Source: Promethearchaeota archaeon
Lineage (GTDB): Archaea; Asgardarchaeota; Lokiarchaeia; Sigyniarchaeales; SOKP01
Length of the DNA: 10,508 bases
Direction of reading: 5' to 3'
Assembly (NCBI GenBank): GCA_013375475.1
Contig: JABXKD010000106.1
Location: 1 to 10,508, forward strand
The translations under genes were made by a program, and so were the position numbers. The notes below the pieces were generated by a model that saw nothing but the letters and a program-made list of their open reading frames with translations, had not been told where the DNA came from and did no database searches. Of the stretch, positions 6,439 through 10,508 are shown one piece after another; the stretch's first letter is position 1; every line of letters starts with the position of its first letter.

Positions 6439-8196
6439 ATGAAATTTAAAAACTTAGCGAACCTTTTTTCAGATTTAGAATCTACTACAAAAAGGCTCGA
6501 AATGATAGAATTCTTATCCAACTTTTTTGAAGGAGTAAAAAAGAGCAATAAATTTGAAGATTTAGATAAAATCATATATCTATTACAAGGAGAATTAGTT
6601 TCAAACATAAAAAAGTTTCCTAAAATCGGTCTTGCAGAAAAAATGATAATTGATGCTCTATCACTCCATTCTGGTATCGATAAAAAAAAAGTAAAAGAAA
6701 TTTTGATAAAGAAAGGTGATATAGGAGCTACCGCAGAACAAATCTTAGCTAAAAGGAGGACACAGATGTCTCTGTTTGATTTTGAGGAAAGTCCTAGTGA
6801 ATTAGAGCCTTCTTTAGAGATTTCAGAATTATATACAGCACTTCAGAAAATTGCTTTAAGTGAAGGTACAGGGTCCCAAGATGTGAAATTAGGAATTCTT
6901 AGAGGCTTAATGAGAAAATGCTCACCTCTAGAAAATAAGTATTTATTGCGAATAATCACTTCTACCTTAAGGGTAGGCGTGTCAACTTTAACAATAATTG
7001 ATGGTTTAGCATTAGGTTTTACGGGAATCAAAGATAATAGGAACATAATTGAAAAAGCGTATAATTTTCATCCCGATTTAGGAGACATTACAAAAATTTT
7101 AGCAGAAAAAGGAATAACTGAAGTTGAAAAAATAGGAATAACCTATGGAATACCGATAAGAATGATGTTGGCATCTAGAGTTCCATATGGTGAGATAATT
7201 GAAAAACTTGGAACTCCTCTTACCGCAGAGTATAAATTAGATGGTGAAAGGCTCCAAATTCATAAGAAGGGTCAGGATGTAAAATTGTTTTCCCGTCGAT
7301 TATTGGAGATATCAGAACAATTTCCTGATGTATGCAAAACTCTAATTGAAAATATTCAAGTGGACGATGTCATCATCGAGGGAGAAGTGGTTGCTATGGA
7401 CTCATTCTATGAAAAAATGTTACCATTTCAAGTTTTAAGTAAAAGACGGCGAAAATATGATGTAGAAGATATTATCAAGGAAGTACCTGTGTGTTTATTT
7501 CTTTTTGATTTATTAAAGTATAAAAGCGAGTCCTATATCGATAAATCTTTTATGGTCCGCAGAAAAAAACTAGAAGAAATTGTATCTGAGAGAGATGAGT
7601 TGCGTTTAGTGAAATCGCAATTAATCAATAGTACTGATGAACTCTTAGAATTTTTTAATGCAGCTCGAACAGAAGGAAATGAAGGTATTATGGCAAAATC
7701 TATTAAAGAAGATTCAATTTATCAAGCAGGCAATAGAGGTTTCTTATGGATAAAATTGAAGGGATTAGAAGGGGGCAAACTAAAAGATTCTGTTGATGTA
7801 GTATTAGTTGGTGCTTTTTACGGTAAAGGTCGAAGAACTGGTGTATATGGAACTTATGTTGGAGCAGTTTTGGATCCTGTAGAGGGTAAATTTATTGCTT
7901 TTACTCGGTTTTTTTCAGGGTTGACTGACGAATTATCAGATTCTCTGACAAAAGAAATGGAAAAATATAAAACGGAAAAAAAACCCAAAAGTGTTATATG
8001 TGAAGATATTCCAGATGTATGGTTTGAACCTGAAGTCGTAATTGAGATAATAGGAGACGAAATTACAATTAGCGAGAAATTTCTCACTTTAGGATATTCC
8101 ATGCGATTTCCAGTCTTTCAGAGGATGCGTCCTGAGAAAGGTCCTGGGGATATTACTACAGTTGAAGAGATTAGAAGTCTTTACGATTCTCAATAA
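6439..8196 (+). CDS. lig: ATP-dependent DNA ligase (archaeal/LigI type: DBD, adenylation and OB domains)
   Basis: Motif I EYKLDGER, motif III IIEGEVV, IIIa LFLFDLL, IV EGIMAK, V WIKLK and VI RFPVFQRMRPEK are present, and the DBD has LRVGV. I prefer the ATG at 6439 (MKFKNLA) over the TTG at 6427. Confidence 0.96.
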   Translation: MKFKNLANLFSDLESTTKRLEMIEFLSNFFEGVKKSNKFEDLDKIIYLLQGELVSNIKKFPKIGLAEKMIIDALSLHSGIDKKKVKEILIKKGDIGATAEQILAKRRTQMSLFDFEESPSELEPSLEISELYTALQKIALSEGTGSQDVKLGILRGLMRKCSPLENKYLLRIITSTLRVGVSTLTIIDGLALGFTGIKDNRNIIEKAYNFHPDLGDITKILAEKGITEVEKIGITYGIPIRMMLASRVPYGEIIEKLGTPLTAEYKLDGERLQIHKKGQDVKLFSRRLLEISEQFPDVCKTLIENIQVDDVIIEGEVVAMDSFYEKMLPFQVLSKRRRKYDVEDIIKEVPVCLFLFDLLKYKSESYIDKSFMVRRKKLEEIVSERDELRLVKSQLINSTDELLEFFNAARTEGNEGIMAKSIKEDSIYQAGNRGFLWIKLKGLEGGKLKDSVDVVLVGAFYGKGRRTGVYGTYVGAVLDPVEGKFIAFTRFFSGLTDELSDSLTKEMEKYKTEKKPKSVICEDIPDVWFEPEVVIEIIGDEITISEKFLTLGYSMRFPVFQRMRPEKGPGDITTVEEIRSLYDSQ

Positions 8197-8226
8197 ACTA
8201 GAAAAGGAATCTAGCTACTAATACTT

Positions 8227-9216
8227 TTAAATTAATTCCAAGTATATCTCATAAATAGATTTAACAGTTTCTTTTAAGTCTAATTTTTTTGCGGTATTTA
8301 TTCCGTTATTAGCAATTCTTTTACTCTCCTCGGGATGATTTATCAAATAATAAATTTTTTCAATAAATTCTTTATTATCTCTCGCCTTAAGACAGTTCTC
8401 ACCATCAATAAGTCTGCCTTCATAAGCGGGTAAATCACGTATTATAACGGGTAAGCCACAACTCATAGCTTCAAGGATTGCAATGCCTTCTCCTTCGTAG
8501 TATGATGGAAAGCAAAAAATATCTCCTCCGGAGTAGGCTGCTATGATATCTTTAACATAACCGGGCATAATTAAATTATTCACATTATAATTATGATCTC
8601 GTTGAATTAAAGGAAAAGCTCGTTTCCCAACCCATAAGAAAGGATATTCATTCATTTCCTTTGAAATTTTAATAAAGTCATAGAATCCTTTTCTTTCTAT
8701 AGGCATTCCTACACATAATACAGTTGCATTATTTAGTTTATGAGTCTTTCTAAACTGTATTCTTTTCTTAATAGAGTGCTTAAACACTTGTGTGTTAACA
8801 CCATTAGAAATTAATTTAATTGGTTTATCAATTCTAAGTTCATTCTTTACTATTCTCCTTGAATGCTCAGTTGGGCAGATTATTATATCAGCAAATTTAT
8901 AGTATCTCCTTAAAAATATTTTAAAAAGCTGAGATATTTGTTTTGAAAAGAGAAGTGTATCGATATCATAATGAGTTTGGTGAGCAGAAATTAAAATTGG
9001 TTTCTTTAATTTAGCTGCTTTCTTCATCATATGATAAGTTAAAGGAAAACAACCATGGGAATGAATCAAATCATAATTTTTTCCAATGTTGTTAAATATT
9101 ACGTCTGTATATTTCTTCATTTCATCAGCTTGGGTCATAGTAGCAATTAAAGCTCCATTGACACCCATTATTTTCTTAAAAAATAAGAAATCAGATAAGT
9201 AATTTATCTTTAACAT
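8227..9216 (-). CDS. Glycosyltransferase family 4 (GT-B, retaining)
   Basis: Motifs DLIHSH, ADIIICPT, ISNGVN, ERKG and FCFPSYYEGEGIAILEAMSCGLPVI (E-x7-E) are present. Confidence 0.92.
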   Translation of the reverse strand: MLKINYLSDFLFFKKIMGVNGALIATMTQADEMKKYTDVIFNNIGKNYDLIHSHGCFPLTYHMMKKAAKLKKPILISAHQTHYDIDTLLFSKQISQLFKIFLRRYYKFADIIICPTEHSRRIVKNELRIDKPIKLISNGVNTQVFKHSIKKRIQFRKTHKLNNATVLCVGMPIERKGFYDFIKISKEMNEYPFLWVGKRAFPLIQRDHNYNVNNLIMPGYVKDIIAAYSGGDIFCFPSYYEGEGIAILEAMSCGLPVIIRDLPAYEGRLIDGENCLKARDNKEFIEKIYYLINHPEESKRIANNGINTAKKLDLKETVKSIYEIYLELI

Positions 9217-9381
9217 TTTTAAAGTAGAATTGATAAGTTCATTAGTGTATAATAGCCCCTTTTTTTTAACTCATTCGATTATAATATCTAATTTGAAATA
9301 AGAAATCATTAATTTAGCTTTAAATGAGTTTTATAATTTAGTCTGTTTGAAATTTGGATGTGGTAATTCATTGTTTTAAGA

Positions 9382-10508
9382 TTAAAGATAGATTTTTAGT
9401 CCAGTATCTTCCAACTTATTCAAAAGGTTAGAATTAATATCAAGATTGTTTTCACTAAGATATAGTTCTTCTAAATTCTCTAGAGAATAAATTGATTTAG
9501 GGAGTTTAGTTAATCTATTTCTAGATACATTTAAGATTCTTAATTTTTTTAAATTTCCAATCGTCTCTGGAATATTTTTTAATTTGTTATCCCCCAAATT
9601 CAATATCTCTAGCGAACAAAGAGAACCAATAGAGGTTGGAACATGAGTTAATTCATTTCTTTCAAGATCTAAGGAAATGAGAGAAGTAAGGTTTGAGATT
9701 GACAAAGGAAGAGTTGTTAATAAATTCCAACTTAGATTTAACGTCTCTAGTAATTTGAGTGATGATATTGACTCTGGAACCTCGATTAGTTTATTATCGT
9801 GAAGATTTAGGTCTAGAAGGTTTATCAAATTCCCCAATTCGTAAGGTAGTAGTTTAAGTTGGTTTAATCTTAAGTTTAAATACTTTAGTGATTGTAATGA
9901 ACAAATTGAATTTGGAAGGTCTTGAAGTTCATTCTTCCATAGCAATAATTCTTCTAGATGTGAGAGATTTCCTATAGTTGGAGGAAGACTATTAAGATTA
10001 TTTACATTAAGATTAAGAGATTCTAAAGCACATAATGATTTGATCCAATTAGGAAGCTCGGTAATTTGATTATATCTTAAAGTTAATTTCTTGAGGTATA
10101 TAAGATATTTTATAGCTTCAGGTAATTTCGTTAAACCTTTGAAAATAAAATCTAACTCTACAATTTTACACCTTTCAATCTTATACTTCAACCTCCAATA
10201 AGATTTTTTTAAGTACACTATAGTAAAGTAGTTTATTAAAATATCAGCTAACTCTCGAGGAGTAAAATCTTGAACTTTTTTGGTAGATTTTAATATTTCA
10301 AAACCAATTTTAAATTCTTTATCATTAATTTTCTTTATTTCATGAACCAAAATTAATTTAGTTATAGGGGCATTTTTTAGTACAATATTTTCAACTATTG
10401 TTATCAATGCTTTTAGAATTGTCTGTAAACAAAGAGGAGATTCTTCGTGAAGTAGAGCCCACCTCATTGGATTCAATGCTTTATCTTTGTACACATGACA
10501 AAGAATAA
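9382..10508 (-). CDS. Leucine-rich-repeat protein with helical N-terminal module (5'-truncated by window edge)
   Basis: The frame is open beyond the GTG at 10494 to the window end (ILCH-VYKDK...). It has ten regular 23-aa LRRs, and its N-terminal region is similar to the 1784..2770 protein. Confidence 0.9.
   Translation of the reverse strand, partial: ILCHVYKDKALNPMRWALLHEESPLCLQTILKALITIVENIVLKNAPITKLILVHEIKKINDKEFKIGFEILKSTKKVQDFTPRELADILINYFTIVYLKKSYWRLKYKIERCKIVELDFIFKGLTKLPEAIKYLIYLKKLTLRYNQITELPNWIKSLCALESLNLNVNNLNSLPPTIGNLSHLEELLLWKNELQDLPNSICSLQSLKYLNLRLNQLKLLPYELGNLINLLDLNLHDNKLIEVPESISSLKLLETLNLSWNLLTTLPLSISNLTSLISLDLERNELTHVPTSIGSLCSLEILNLGDNKLKNIPETIGNLKKLRILNVSRNRLTKLPKSIYSLENLEELYLSENNLDINSNLLNKLEDTGLKIYL
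9445..10134 (-). repeat. Ten tandem 23-aa (69-bp) leucine-rich repeats
   Basis: The consensus LxxLPxxIxxLxxLxxLxLxxNx runs from LTKLPEAIKYLIYLKKLTLRYNQ to LTKLPKSIYSLENLEELYLSENN. Confidence 0.92.

Noticed and set aside
6414-8102. Three short minus-strand ORFs (6414-6608, 6843-7046, 7854-8102)
   Set aside because: They are antisense shadows of the DNA ligase gene.
8198-8214. Small inverted repeat CTAGA-N7-TCTAG between the convergent lig and GT4 genes
   Set aside because: A 5-bp stem is too weak to call a hairpin terminator.
9445-10134. 69-bp periodicity as a CRISPR array or diversity-generating retroelement target
   Set aside because: The repeats are degenerate at DNA level and fully explained by LRR coding. 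No identical direct repeats, cas genes, reverse transcriptase or TR/VR pair are visible.
6439-10508. Ligase + glycosyltransferase + LRR as a DNA-modification or defence module
   Set aside because: The ligase looks like the housekeeping PIP-box enzyme and is convergent with the GT4 gene. No nuclease, NTPase, TIR/SIR2 or mobility genes are in the window.

Overview
AT-rich, gene-dense archaeal window with nine protein-coding genes, two of them truncated by the window edges. I see no rRNA, tRNA, CRISPR array or mobile element. The gene content points to an Asgard archaeon, probably Lokiarchaeia-like (inference): an archaeal ATP-dependent DNA ligase with a PIP box, a gelsolin-domain protein, a probable tandem-longin protein, two paralogous HEAT/helical+LRR proteins, and oligo-T terminators. 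Gene order: partial hypothetical (+), form IV RuBisCO-like protein (+), HEAT-LRR (-), Zn-ribbon/tandem longin-like protein (-), hisC (-), gelsolin-domain protein with Pro-rich linker (+), DNA ligase (+), GT4 glycosyltransferase (-), partial HEAT-LRR (-). The most notable observations are: (i) the longin-like gene carries a complete C4 Zn ribbon only if translation starts upstream of the called GTG, where no canonical in-frame start exists; (ii) a gelsolin-linker-unknown domain architecture; (iii) an orphan RLP with an altered active site; (iv) two paralogs that share an N-terminal module but carry different LRR classes. I cannot support a single coherent new multi-gene system from the sequence alone. 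All family calls come from motif recognition by eye, not database searches.
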